Source: Microcoleus sp.
GTDB taxonomy: Bacteria > Cyanobacteriota > Cyanobacteriia > Cyanobacteriales > Microcoleaceae
DNA: 64,000 nt
Assembly (NCBI GenBank): GCA_042408215.1
Contig: JAYFMW010000005.1
Coordinates: forward strand, 96,001 to 160,000
Reading direction: 5' to 3'
The notes under the pieces are model-generated. The model saw nothing but the letters and a program-made list of their open reading frames with translations, made no database searches and had not been told where the DNA came from. Position numbers and translations under genes: made by a program. Below, piece by piece: positions 21,109 to 31,049 of the stretch. Position 1 is the stretch's first letter; each line of letters starts with the position of its first letter.

Positions 21109-22068
21109 ATGGATTTAGCAACCGTGACAAATATTACCCTAGGAAAAAACGGCCCAGCCGTCATTCCCCTCTGCGTCGGAACTTGGGCTTGGGGGGATAA
21201 GCTATTTTGGAATTATGGCAGCAACTACGGCCGGGCCGAAGTAGAAGCAGCATTCAAAACATCCCTAGATGCCGGCATCAACTTCTTCGACACAGCCGAA
21301 GTCTACGGTAACGGCTTGTCAGAAGAATTACTAGGGCAGTTTATCAAAAAAACCAGCCAACCCGTGCAAATAGCCACCAAATTCGGCCCCGTACCTTGGC
21401 GCATCACAGGAAAATCAGTTTCCGAAGCCTTAAGTGCCAGCTTAAAACGCTTGCAAGTAGAACAAATAGCCCTCTACCAAGTACATTGGCCATTCAGTTT
21501 TTTGCTGAGTCAAGAAACCCTGATGAACGCCTTAGCAGATGAAGTCAAACAAGGCAGAATTCAAGCAATAGGAGTCAGCAACTACACAGCAGAACAGATG
21601 CGCGAAGCCCACAAAATATTAGCAAGTAGAGGCGTTCCTTTAGCAACAAATCAAGTCCGTTACTCCCTGCTATCGCGACAAGTGGAAAAACAAAAAATAG
21701 TCAGTACCGCCTCGGAATTAGGAGTAACAATTTTAGCTTACAGCCCCTTAGCCCAAGGACTACTCACCGGCAAATATAGCGCCCAAGAACAACCAGCCGG
21801 AGCCCGTAAATTTGACTCCCGCTTCAGCAAAACAGGCATCGAAAAAATCGAATTAGTCATGTCCACTCTGCGGAAAATGGGCAAAAAGCGCGATCGCACC
21901 CCCGCCCAAGTAGCCCTCAACTGGCTAATCGCTCAAAACGGAGTAATCCCCATTCCCGGCGCAAAAACAGCAAAACAAGCCCAAGAAAACGCAGGCGCAT
22001 TAGGTTGGAATCTGAGCCAAGATGAAGTCAACCAACTAGAATTAATGACTCGTCCCTGGCGAGAATAA
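21109..22068 (+). CDS. Aldo/keto reductase
   Basis: GTWAWG, FDTAEVYG, IATK, YQVHWP, GVSN, YSPL, IPG motifs. Confidence 0.92.
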   Translation: MDLATVTNITLGKNGPAVIPLCVGTWAWGDKLFWNYGSNYGRAEVEAAFKTSLDAGINFFDTAEVYGNGLSEELLGQFIKKTSQPVQIATKFGPVPWRITGKSVSEALSASLKRLQVEQIALYQVHWPFSFLLSQETLMNALADEVKQGRIQAIGVSNYTAEQMREAHKILASRGVPLATNQVRYSLLSRQVEKQKIVSTASELGVTILAYSPLAQGLLTGKYSAQEQPAGARKFDSRFSKTGIEKIELVMSTLRKMGKKRDRTPAQVALNWLIAQNGVIPIPGAKTAKQAQENAGALGWNLSQDEVNQLELMTRPWRE

Positions 22069-22252
22069 ATCTGTTTGTTGTTGACTGTTGACTCTTGACT
22101 GTTCACTGTTGACTGTTCACTGTTCACCGTTCACTGTAGGTTGGGTTTTACTTCAGTCTACCCAACCTACAATTCACTTCCTTCTCCCCTCTTCCCTCTT
22201 CCATCCATCCGTTACATCCGTTACAAAATCCGTTGCCGAACTTCCTTCGATT

Positions 22253-22768
22253 ATGAAAATATTAACTGATTGGGGTTTCACGCGCGAAGGCTGGCGCAAC
22301 AACAGCCACGGCGAATATTTAGTTTTGCTACAAGGAGCATTACTCGCAGTATTTGCAATCTTACCAGTTTATCAACTACCTGGATTTAAAATCGAATCAA
22401 CTCAATTAATTTATCTGAGCTGGATTATAGCAAGTATCCTCAGCTTAAGCGGATTAATTTTCATCATCAAAGGACTCATAGATTTAGGAAAAAACCTCAC
22501 ACCATTACCCTATCCCAGAGAAGATGGAGAATTAGTCCAAACAGGCATTTATGGAATAGTGCGGCATCCCCTGTACAGCGGCTTAATCTTCGCAGCTCTA
22601 GGCTGGACAATCTTTCAAATCAGCTTGTCCCACTTAATAGCCACTGCAATTTTACTCATATTTTTCGACATCAAATCCAACCGCGAAGAAACCTGGTTGA
22701 GTGAAAAATATCCCGACTATTCAGAATACCGCCAGCGAGTAAAAAAGCTCATTCCGGGAATCTATTAA
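22253..22768 (+). CDS. Isoprenylcysteine carboxylmethyltransferase/PEMT family membrane protein
   Basis: LVQTGIYGIVRHPLY...EE..L...Y..Y motif. Confidence 0.88.
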   Translation: MKILTDWGFTREGWRNNSHGEYLVLLQGALLAVFAILPVYQLPGFKIESTQLIYLSWIIASILSLSGLIFIIKGLIDLGKNLTPLPYPREDGELVQTGIYGIVRHPLYSGLIFAALGWTIFQISLSHLIATAILLIFFDIKSNREETWLSEKYPDYSEYRQRVKKLIPGIY

Positions 22769-22771
22769 CAT

Positions 22772-22876
22772 CAGGACTTACGCACGCGGGGCCAAAAACC
22801 CGGTTTCTGTGGCGAGCATCTCTCGGAGAGATCCACGATTTTTCGGAGAAACCGGGTTTTTTTTGCCTTAGTCCTA
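22772..22876. mobile_element. CAGGACTTACGCA-type MITE
   Basis: Intact left TIR, degenerate right TIR, aacat on both flanks. Confidence 0.6.
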
Positions 22877-22936
22877 AACATCTCCACATTCATCCGCGTT
22901 AATCCCCGTTAATCTGCTTAAATCTGCGGTTAAAAA

Positions 22937-24370
22937 ATGAATCCAAAAAACCTACAAATTAAACTGCTAGCATTAACACTAATTTTATGCTTATCACAGC
23001 AATTAATCGCGTGCAGCTTGCTCAAAAAACCCTTTCAACTGCCCGCCTCAGCCAAACAAGAACCCTGGGCCGTTCAAACTGGCCTCCGAGTCAACATCCT
23101 CCGCGACAACATACCAATTGTTAACCGCATAGTTTTAGTCCCCGACGAAGCCACATTCTTAGCAGCAATCCAAAAATGGAACCTCAAAGGACACTGGCCA
23201 ATTCTGCTCGAAGATAATAAATATACGCCCATGTTTCTCAAGCGCTTTCAACCCGCTGAAATAGTCCGTTTACCGAGCATCAAACAGCAACTCCCAAAAG
23301 GTCAAAAACTCCAACAATTGATGCTGAACGCATCAGCAGCGGCCTGGAATGCCACGAATACTCAAACCTTAAAAGCCAAATGGACGGAACTCGGCTGGGA
23401 ACCGCCAGGAGTAGTAATCACATCAGAAAATGACCCTGCAAGGATAGCGGCAGTTGCTTTAGCCGCCGATCGCGGTCAACCCTTAGTATTTTTAGAAGGT
23501 AACTTCGGAAAGCCTAATGATACCCTCAATCAGCAACAGTGGCAAACTCTGCAAACGGCAGTTACAACAGCCGTCGAATCCACCGGATATTTTTATTCCC
23601 AACTCGGCGATGCGATCGACACAATCACCATTGTACGCCAACTAGCCGTAAAATATCAATCTCCTGAAAAGCCGGAGGAACAACTAGCCGTTACTGACGG
23701 TTTGGGACGGCACCCTAACGGCGAACGCTGGGCCGCTGCCGGCTGGATTTACGGTTCCTCAGTGCGATCGATTTATCAAGTCATGTGTTCTATATTTCTC
23801 GACTCTCAAACAGCCATGCTTTATGACAGTTACCCCAAGGAAGGAAGTTGGGAAAAATATGAAATGAACTCAGCATCTAGCGGATTAAAAACACTAGGTT
23901 TTGATGTACAATTAGTTGAAAAACCAGAATCTAGCCTCCAAAAGTGGCGGAATTTAGCATCAAAAGAATGGGAATTTGACTTGATATTGATGAATTCCAA
24001 AGGCTATCAAAAATCCTTCCAAGTTGGCAACGGCGACGCTTTAGTAGAAGACCTCCCAAAACTCAAATTTCCCGCAGCAGTTCACATGATACACAGTTGG
24101 TCTGCCGCAGCACCCGATGACCAAAATACCGTTGCCGGACGGTGGTTAGAAAATGGCGCTTATGCCTATGTTGGGAGTGTCAATGAACCTTTTTTATCTG
24201 CATTTATTCCGCCGAAATTAATGGTCGATCGACTTTTGCGATCGGCTCCATTTTTAATCGCAGCCCGCCAGTTAGAATCGCCTCCCTGGAAAGTTGCAAC
24301 TATTGGCGATCCGCTAATGTCGATCGGCAAACCGAAACCAAGAATTCCACCAACTCAACAACCCATTTAA
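22937..24370 (+). CDS. Hypothetical exported/lipoprotein, C-terminus resembling clan-CD (gingipain-like) fold
   Basis: Signal peptide ending LIAC. C-terminal GAYAYVGSVNEP...W..IGDPL. Confidence 0.6.
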   Translation: MNPKNLQIKLLALTLILCLSQQLIACSLLKKPFQLPASAKQEPWAVQTGLRVNILRDNIPIVNRIVLVPDEATFLAAIQKWNLKGHWPILLEDNKYTPMFLKRFQPAEIVRLPSIKQQLPKGQKLQQLMLNASAAAWNATNTQTLKAKWTELGWEPPGVVITSENDPARIAAVALAADRGQPLVFLEGNFGKPNDTLNQQQWQTLQTAVTTAVESTGYFYSQLGDAIDTITIVRQLAVKYQSPEKPEEQLAVTDGLGRHPNGERWAAAGWIYGSSVRSIYQVMCSIFLDSQTAMLYDSYPKEGSWEKYEMNSASSGLKTLGFDVQLVEKPESSLQKWRNLASKEWEFDLILMNSKGYQKSFQVGNGDALVEDLPKLKFPAAVHMIHSWSAAAPDDQNTVAGRWLENGAYAYVGSVNEPFLSAFIPPKLMVDRLLRSAPFLIAARQLESPPWKVATIGDPLMSIGKPKPRIPPTQQPI

Positions 24371-24902
24371 AAAACTGGGAATTGGGAATTGGGAATCGGT
24401 AATTGGGAATTGGGAATTGGGAATTGGTAGCCGATCGCAAATAACAATAGTCCTGGACGCAAAAAACCCGGTTTCTCCCAAAAATCGTGCAACCGAGAGA
24501 TATTGACACAGGGTTTCGGCGGAGTTTATCCTGAGCGTAGTCGAAGGGCTCAACCACCAGGGTTTTTGGTCCCCGTGCGTAAGTCCTGAACAACTAACAA
24601 ATAACAACTAACAAATAACCAATAATCAATAACCAATAATCAATAACTCACTGAATGCGTAAATATACTCAACCACCATTACCGCGCAATTTCTGTAAGT
24701 TTCAATGTAACTGAGTATACAATTTCCCACCTAAAATCCGTTGACTCTCAGAATCAGCCATTCCACCCCAGCCACCACCACAAAAAATCCTCTCTAAAAT
24801 CATCCTTAATTAACTTGTCAATTCCCATAAAATCGCTCAAAATTAAAATAAGAAATAAAATGTAATATTTATCTAAATTCTCACAGAAGAATTAATCCCT
24901 AG

Positions 24903-26486
24903 ATGAGAGCCACCCATCCTGTAGACTTGCTGCTGCCGGGCCCAACCGCAAACACTCCCTATGCTTCCCCCCTGAGCCCAGTAATCAACCGCCTGCACCC
25001 CAGTCCAGAAACTCTCCTGCTCATCCTCTCCCTAGTCATCGGGGGAGTTACGGGCGCAGGTGTCGTCACTTTTCACTATTTAATTCACTTGATCCACACC
25101 CTCATGCTCGAAGACTTGATGGGGGTAATTTCCAAAGCAGGCTCTTGGACACTAGCCTGTATTCCCACCCTTGGCGGAGTCGTCATCGGCTTAATGCGCT
25201 GGCGGTTTCGGGATTTTGGCCCCAATATGTCTTCGCTGATTGCAGCCACCCGCGGCCTGCAAGAACTCTCCCCCCTCAAACCCATCACTAAAATGGTGGC
25301 AGCCTCAGTTTCCCTAGGCACCGGCGCTTCCCTCGGCCCGGAAGCGCCCAGCGTCGAAATCGGTGCCAACTTTGGCATGCTGCTGGCTCAAGTTTTGCAA
25401 CTTTCCCCAGAACGGCAGCGTTTGCTGCTGGGGGCGGGAGCCGCCGCCGGTTTATCTGCCGGGTTCAACTCTCCCATCGCTGGAGTATTCTTTGCCTTAG
25501 AAGTCGTGCTCGGCAGCACTTTTGCTACTTCGTCAGTGAGCGTTGTCCTGCTAGCAGCCGTAGTTTCGGCACTCATCGCTCAAATCTGCTTGGGAGCTCA
25601 GCCGGCTTTTGCTTTGCCCGTCTACGATGTGCGTAGTCCCTTAGAATTGCCTTTTTACATGGGATTGGGGCTTTTGGCTAGCCTAGTGTCCCTAGCCTAC
25701 ACTGAGGCAATTCAACTGGCTGAACGCTGTTTTCAAGGGAAAGTCCGAGGATTTGGTTGGCTGGGACGACTGCCGAGGCCGATTCACCCGATAATCGGTG
25801 GTGTCTGCGTCGGCTTAGTAGCTCTGCAATTGCCTCAAATTTTGGGCGTCGGCTACGAAACAGTCCAAGCAATGCTCCAAGATGTCAAATTTTCCTTGCC
25901 TTTGCTGCTGATCCTGCTGTTCGTCAAACTAGGGGTGACAGCAATCAGCCTCGGTAGCGGTTTAGTGGGCGGCATTTTTGCTCCGGCGATGTTTTTGGGT
26001 GCTTCTCTGGGTTCGGCTTATGGCCTCTTTTTGGCAATGGTGCCGGTTTTAAGCGATCGCGTGGCCGGCCCCCCCGCCTATGCAATGGTGGGAATGGCTG
26101 CGGTCCTCGCCGGTAGTGCCAGAGCTCCGCTGACAGCTATTCTGTTGATGTTTGAGTTGACTAGGGATTACCGGATTGTCTTGCCGTTAATGGCCGCAGT
26201 CGGATTGAGCGTTTGGCTGGTGGAGTACGTTAACCATCGATCGGCAGCCCACAGCCTCAACCTTCAGCAAATGGGCGTTGATGTGGCCCTCAATACGCCG
26301 ATTCAGGCAAGAGAAGCTTTGCAGGATTGGGAAGATGTTCTGGGCGATCGCATTGTCACAGAACTGATTTCTTGCCAAATTCCCATCGATCGGGAACACA
26401 CTGGCGACGAGCCTGTGCTGGCGATGGCTAATGCACATTTGCCGGAAAATGTCAAGCCATTACCTGAAACAAAATCAGCAGTTTGA
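24903..26486 (+). CDS. ClC-family chloride channel/transporter
   Basis: GASLGPEAP, GFNSPIAG, GGIFAP motifs. Confidence 0.92.
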   Translation: MRATHPVDLLLPGPTANTPYASPLSPVINRLHPSPETLLLILSLVIGGVTGAGVVTFHYLIHLIHTLMLEDLMGVISKAGSWTLACIPTLGGVVIGLMRWRFRDFGPNMSSLIAATRGLQELSPLKPITKMVAASVSLGTGASLGPEAPSVEIGANFGMLLAQVLQLSPERQRLLLGAGAAAGLSAGFNSPIAGVFFALEVVLGSTFATSSVSVVLLAAVVSALIAQICLGAQPAFALPVYDVRSPLELPFYMGLGLLASLVSLAYTEAIQLAERCFQGKVRGFGWLGRLPRPIHPIIGGVCVGLVALQLPQILGVGYETVQAMLQDVKFSLPLLLILLFVKLGVTAISLGSGLVGGIFAPAMFLGASLGSAYGLFLAMVPVLSDRVAGPPAYAMVGMAAVLAGSARAPLTAILLMFELTRDYRIVLPLMAAVGLSVWLVEYVNHRSAAHSLNLQQMGVDVALNTPIQAREALQDWEDVLGDRIVTELISCQIPIDREHTGDEPVLAMANAHLPENVKPLPETKSAV

Positions 26487-26548
26487 CTAAGCTCAAATCC
26501 CGTTGCTTCCTGACAAAACCAATAACCTCAACGCTAAATCTTACAACT

Positions 26549-27436
26549 ATGATATTTATCAACCCTAAAACAGATTACGCCTTCAAAAAAATCTTCGGTT
26601 CCTCAGAAAGCAAAGACATTCTTATTAGCTTTCTCAACGCCTTGATTTATGCAGGCAATTCCACCATTGAAGACTTAGAAATTATCAACCCGAATCTTCC
26701 CCCCAAAGTAGAAGGGTTAAAAGATACTTATCTGGATGTGAAAGCCCAACTCAACGATGGCACTTTAGTAATTATTGAAATGCAGGTACTCAACGTACAG
26801 TCTTTTGGGAAGCGAGTTTTGTACAATGCAGCTAAAACTTATGCTTTTCAATTGCAAGCAGGAGAAGGCTATCGAATGCTGAAGCCTGTGATTGCTTTGA
26901 CAATTACTGATTTTGAGATGTTTCCGTCTAGCGAAAACTTAATTTCGAGATTTGTCTATAAAGAAGTAAATACCAACTTGACTTATCCCGAAAACGAGGT
27001 GGATTTAGTGTTTGTAGAGTTGCCAAAATTCACCAAAGAACAGCATCAGCTAGAAACTTTGACAGAGAAATGGATTTATTTCATGAAATATGCTAGGAGT
27101 CTCACATCAGTACCAGAAGAAATGGACAGCATACCTGAAATTCATAAAGCTTTTGATATTGCGAATCAAGCCAAGTTAAGTCGGGAAGAAGTGGAAGATT
27201 TGGACAGAAGAGAACAGTTTATTTATGACCAGCAGGGAGCGATTCTTAAGGCTTCTCAGGCAGGAATAGAACAAGGGCGAGCAGAAGGGATGCGATCGAA
27301 GGCGATCGCGATCGCCCGACAATTACTTTCACGGCTAGATGATGACACCATTAGCCAAATTACCGGGCTTACCGTTGAGGATGTGCGGAATTTGCGTGAA
27401 GGGAAGCTATCCCGAAGGGAATCGGACGATTCATAG
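26549..27436 (+). CDS. Rpn family PD-(D/E)XK nuclease/putative transposase
   Basis: PKTDYAFKKIFG, LDVKA, IIEMQ motifs and C-terminal I...TGL. Confidence 0.9.
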   Translation: MIFINPKTDYAFKKIFGSSESKDILISFLNALIYAGNSTIEDLEIINPNLPPKVEGLKDTYLDVKAQLNDGTLVIIEMQVLNVQSFGKRVLYNAAKTYAFQLQAGEGYRMLKPVIALTITDFEMFPSSENLISRFVYKEVNTNLTYPENEVDLVFVELPKFTKEQHQLETLTEKWIYFMKYARSLTSVPEEMDSIPEIHKAFDIANQAKLSREEVEDLDRREQFIYDQQGAILKASQAGIEQGRAEGMRSKAIAIARQLLSRLDDDTISQITGLTVEDVRNLREGKLSRRESDDS

Positions 27437-27587
27437 TTTAAATTAATTGGGCACAGGAAGTGGATTTTTGATGTTACTCGTCACCGATCGCCCACTAAAA
27501 CCCCTCGCTCTAGCAGACAGTGGCGCTACCCTCAACTCTGGGCTAAAATGATCGAAAATTATTCACAACCAGCCCAGAGGCTCTGAG

Positions 27588-28067
27588 GTGACTCCTAACG
27601 AGGCAAATGCCAACAGCAAAAGTCAGAAAATACCGGGCCAAACCCCCTTGGGTTCTGGTTACTACGGCTTGTTAGGGCTGCATCCTTCCGCATCGCCGAT
27701 CGAAATTCGGCGATCGTACCGGGAACTGAGCAAAATATACCATCCCGATACCACCGACTTGCCACCCACAGTCGCTACCGCCAAATTTCAGCAGCTTAAC
27801 AACGCCTACGCCACCCTCAGCAACCCAGAACGTCGCCTCGCCTACGACCTCAAAGTAGGCTATTCTCCCATGAACGTGATTCAGCAGCAAAGAGGTTTCA
27901 ACACTCCGGTTTCTCGATCGCGGGCAAAAAATTTCAACTCGGCTTACCTCGATCCCACCGATCGCCCCCTTTCTCCAGGAGAAATATTCGCCCTGTTTAT
28001 CATGGGGGCTACCTTAATCGGATGTTTGATACTGGCGATCGCGATCGGGCTGATTCGTGGTAATTGA
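27588..28067 (+). CDS. J-domain (DnaJ type III) membrane protein
   Basis: YYGLLG...YHPD...AYATLSNPERRLAYD, C-terminal TM. Confidence 0.9.
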   Translation: MTPNEANANSKSQKIPGQTPLGSGYYGLLGLHPSASPIEIRRSYRELSKIYHPDTTDLPPTVATAKFQQLNNAYATLSNPERRLAYDLKVGYSPMNVIQQQRGFNTPVSRSRAKNFNSAYLDPTDRPLSPGEIFALFIMGATLIGCLILAIAIGLIRGN

Positions 28068-28068
28068 C

Positions 28069-28277
28069 CCCAAAATTGGGATACAAGCCCCGTCCTTTGA
28101 GGACGGCTTTTTGCTAGAATAAATTAAGTCAACGCTTCTCCTTTCGCGAGCGCGCACCGCCTAGGGCATTGGGAGACTCGCAGAGACAGACGCAGAGACA
28201 GAGTAAGACTACTACGCTCGCATCAGTCGATGAAGCGTCAAGAATCACCGCTGCTCCATTCACGGTGAGTATGTCAA
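28069..28277 (+). mobile_element. Non-autonomous 209-bp IS200/IS605 derivative: left end + omegaRNA-like scaffold + right end, no tnpB
   Basis: Follows TTGAC. Left end taCAAGccccgtcctttgaggacggc. The 3' part aligns with ~10498-10588 of the intact element and ends in TCAA. Confidence 0.8.
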
Positions 28278-28314
28278 AACTAAAAGTTCTAAATTAAAAA
28301 TTAACCACAGTCTT

Positions 28315-28470
28315 CCCCATTCCCAATTCCCCATTCCCGATTCCCCATTCCCCATTCCCGATTCCCCATTCCCAATTCCCCATTCCCCATTCCCCATTCC
28401 CCATTCCCCATTCCCCATTCCCCATTCCCCATTCCCCATTCCCCATTCCCCATTCCCCATTCCCCATTCC
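28315..28470. repeat. CCCCATT heptamer tandem repeat (STRR)
   Basis: About 20 consecutive copies visible. Confidence 0.92.
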
Positions 28471-28472
28471 TT

Positions 28473-28745
28473 ATGACACTTCCCTCCCCTGACACCCCTT
28501 TGTACAACCATCCACTCCCAGAAATCGAGCAGTGGCTGAAAAGCCGCGGCTGCGAGCAAAACCTGCGAGAACTCCACTGCTGGAACATCGATCGACCTAC
28601 ATGGAAAGCAGAACTCTCCCTCGAAATCGATCAACTCACCATCCGCTACATCAACGCCGGAAACGACGGTCAAGACATTCAGCGCTTCTTCAAATACTCC
28701 CTCTCCCGTCAGGACATTGAAGCAGCAGTTTTTTCCGGCCCATGA
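28473..28745 (+). CDS. DUF3143 family protein
   Basis: TPLYNHPLPEIEQWL...W.AEL...FKYSLSRQDIEAA.FSGP. Confidence 0.8.
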   Translation: MTLPSPDTPLYNHPLPEIEQWLKSRGCEQNLRELHCWNIDRPTWKAELSLEIDQLTIRYINAGNDGQDIQRFFKYSLSRQDIEAAVFSGP

Positions 28746-28920
28746 TTGGATTTTAGATTTTAGATTTTGGATTTTAGATTTGCGATTTTAGGTTGGGAAA
28801 TACAGACAAAAAGGTGCATTTATTCTGTACATTCACCTTTCCCATAATTATTGTGGAACAGGCATCTTGCCTGTTCAAAACTGGCTTTTTGGGAGATTAC
28901 TAATCCAAAATCTAAAATCG

Positions 28921-29667
28921 TTACACTTTGCCAAATCGGCGGCAGCGTTTCTGATAAGTAGACAAAGCGCGGTGAAACTCCGATCGATCAAAATCCGGCC
29001 ACAGCGTCTCAGTAATGTAAATTTCCGAATAAGCCATTTGCCAAAGCAGAAAATTGCTCAATCGCATTTCCCCACTCGTCCGAATCAACAAATCCGGGTC
29101 ACAAACATCAGCAGTATACAAATAGCGTTTAAATAAAGCCTCATCAATCTCAGAAGGCTGCAACTTGCCCTCCTGCACCTGAGTCGCGATCGCCCGACAA
29201 GCCTGGACAATCTCCTGACGCCCCCCGTAATTCGTCGCCACCGTAAACCGAATCCCCCGGTTATCCTGAGTTGCTGACACACAACGCTCAATTTCCGCCT
29301 GCAAAGACTTCGGCAAAGCCTGCAAATTCCCCACAAACTGAATTCGCACGTCCTCTGCTACCATCTCCCGCAATTCTTCCCGCAATTTTCCCTCGAACAG
29401 ACTCATCAAAAAATCCACCTCGCCCTCCGGTCGGCCCCAATTCTCCGTCGAAAAAGCATAAACTGTTAAAGCTGGAATACCCCAATCTTTGCAGCATCTG
29501 AGCAGTTCCTTCAGAACGCTCGCCCCTCGGCGGTGGCCCATAATCCTGGGCAACCCCTTATCCTTAGCCCAGCGCCCGTTCCCGTCCATAATCACCGCTA
29601 CGTGCTGAGGTAGCCGTTCTTGTTCTAGATCGGCCGGCAACTCTTCCAAGCAAATTCCTTGACTCAT
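28921..29667 (-). CDS. uppS: Undecaprenyl diphosphate synthase (isoprenyl transferase)
   Basis: [30 protein letters not shown] motifs. ATGA overlap with cdaA. Confidence 0.95.
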   Translation of the reverse strand: MSQGICLEELPADLEQERLPQHVAVIMDGNGRWAKDKGLPRIMGHRRGASVLKELLRCCKDWGIPALTVYAFSTENWGRPEGEVDFLMSLFEGKLREELREMVAEDVRIQFVGNLQALPKSLQAEIERCVSATQDNRGIRFTVATNYGGRQEIVQACRAIATQVQEGKLQPSEIDEALFKRYLYTADVCDPDLLIRTSGEMRLSNFLLWQMAYSEIYITETLWPDFDRSEFHRALSTYQKRCRRFGKV

Positions 29668-30584
29668 GGTTTCTCCCGATTCGCCGACGACGGACGACGC
29701 AGTATCCGCTTTAATAGTGTCCATACTTTCAATCCTATCTGGCGTCCGAAATTACCTATAGGAATTGGGGTGACAGTTCTTTCTCCCTCCGACGGAAATA
29801 GCTTCGCCTCCAGCAACTCTTTCAGTTTGTTGCTTGTCAAAGGTCGATTTAGAGTTCCCATAAAGGCTAAAGAAATAGAACCCGTTTCCTCAGACACCAC
29901 CACGCACACACAGGCTTGCACCCGTTCGGTAATTCCCATCGCCGCCCGGTGGCGGGTTCCCAACTGTCGCGATGCGGTGCGATCGGACAAAGGCAAAATT
30001 ACCCCCGCCGACACGATCCGCGAAGCTCGAATCAACACAGCCCCATCGTGCAGTAAAGTTTTTGGTTGAAAGATCGTCTGCAACAATTCCTTAGACACTT
30101 CCGCATTTAGCTTCACTCCCGGCACCGAAAAATCCCGATCGTCGATCGGAGCATCTGTTTCTACAATTAGTAAAGCGCCCGTGCGGTTTTGCGAAAGTTC
30201 TTTTACTGCGTCCACAATTTCATCTATTACGCTGTCCGGTTCAGGAGTCGGTCGGCGATCGCGTCCAAACAACTGCAAAATCTCCCCTCTACCCAATTGT
30301 TCCAGAAATCGTCTAAACTCCGACTGCAAGATCACCGCCATTGCTACAGCCGAACCTGTTACCAAGCTGTTGAGCGCCACATTCAGCAGCCTCAATCCAG
30401 CCCAGTTGCTCACTGCCGACGCCAGCATTAAAATAATAAATCCCCGTACCATCCACAGCGTCCGGCGCTCCCCGACAATGACGAGCACCAAATACGCAAG
30501 GGCAAATACCAATCCAATATCGATCGCCTGAATCAGCAAGGATTGAACGAGGCCAAAGTCATAGCCAGATTGTTGATTGTTCAT
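29664..30584 (-). CDS. cdaA: Diadenylate cyclase CdaA
   Basis: Three N-terminal TM segments, HDGA and GTRHRAA motifs. Confidence 0.95.
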   Translation of the reverse strand: MNNQQSGYDFGLVQSLLIQAIDIGLVFALAYLVLVIVGERRTLWMVRGFIILMLASAVSNWAGLRLLNVALNSLVTGSAVAMAVILQSEFRRFLEQLGRGEILQLFGRDRRPTPEPDSVIDEIVDAVKELSQNRTGALLIVETDAPIDDRDFSVPGVKLNAEVSKELLQTIFQPKTLLHDGAVLIRASRIVSAGVILPLSDRTASRQLGTRHRAAMGITERVQACVCVVVSEETGSISLAFMGTLNRPLTSNKLKELLEAKLFPSEGERTVTPIPIGNFGRQIGLKVWTLLKRILRRPSSANREKP

Positions 30585-30969
30585 GATTCATTGAACGCTA
30601 CCGCCTCTGAACCGTGAATCTTGATGCACTCGAACCTGTGAACCATCAACGGTTTTTTTTCCCATCTCGTTACTGGAACAAGGCAAAAATGTGGGTGATT
30701 TTTGCATTTTTAATTCCCGTCAAACTGGCCTATCAAATTGTCTGTCTTAAAATACAACTGACGAGGGTAGTAAATACCACAGTTAGTTAATTTTTGAGAC
30801 TCACAGCCGATGAATTCAATAATAATTTTAAACTCATCATCTGTGTAAATTAATATTTGTTGGCATCCAAACAGAATGTTTGTTACCGATACTTTTATAG
30901 CGAAGCTATAGGAGCATATGTTGTCAGATAAGTAGGTCGCTCTAATTAAACGTAAAACGCGCTCCCTGT

Positions 30970-31003
30970 TAGATCCCCGACTTCTTTAAGAAGTCGGGGA
31001 TCT
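30970..31003. repeat. Palindrome AGATCCCCGACTTCTTTAAGAAGTCGGGGATCT (REP-like, possible terminator downstream of lysA)
   Basis: Near-perfect inverted repeat. Related copy at ~3861-3890. Confidence 0.55.
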
Positions 31004-31049
31004 CAGTATTCTGTAACAACTAAAAATTGATTATGTTACTTTTTACTCT

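Noticed and set aside
28260..28673. GMGNGEW-repeat ORFs (also the PIPNAQF ORFs near 2720-3034)
   Set aside because: Artefacts of heptamer STRR tracts.
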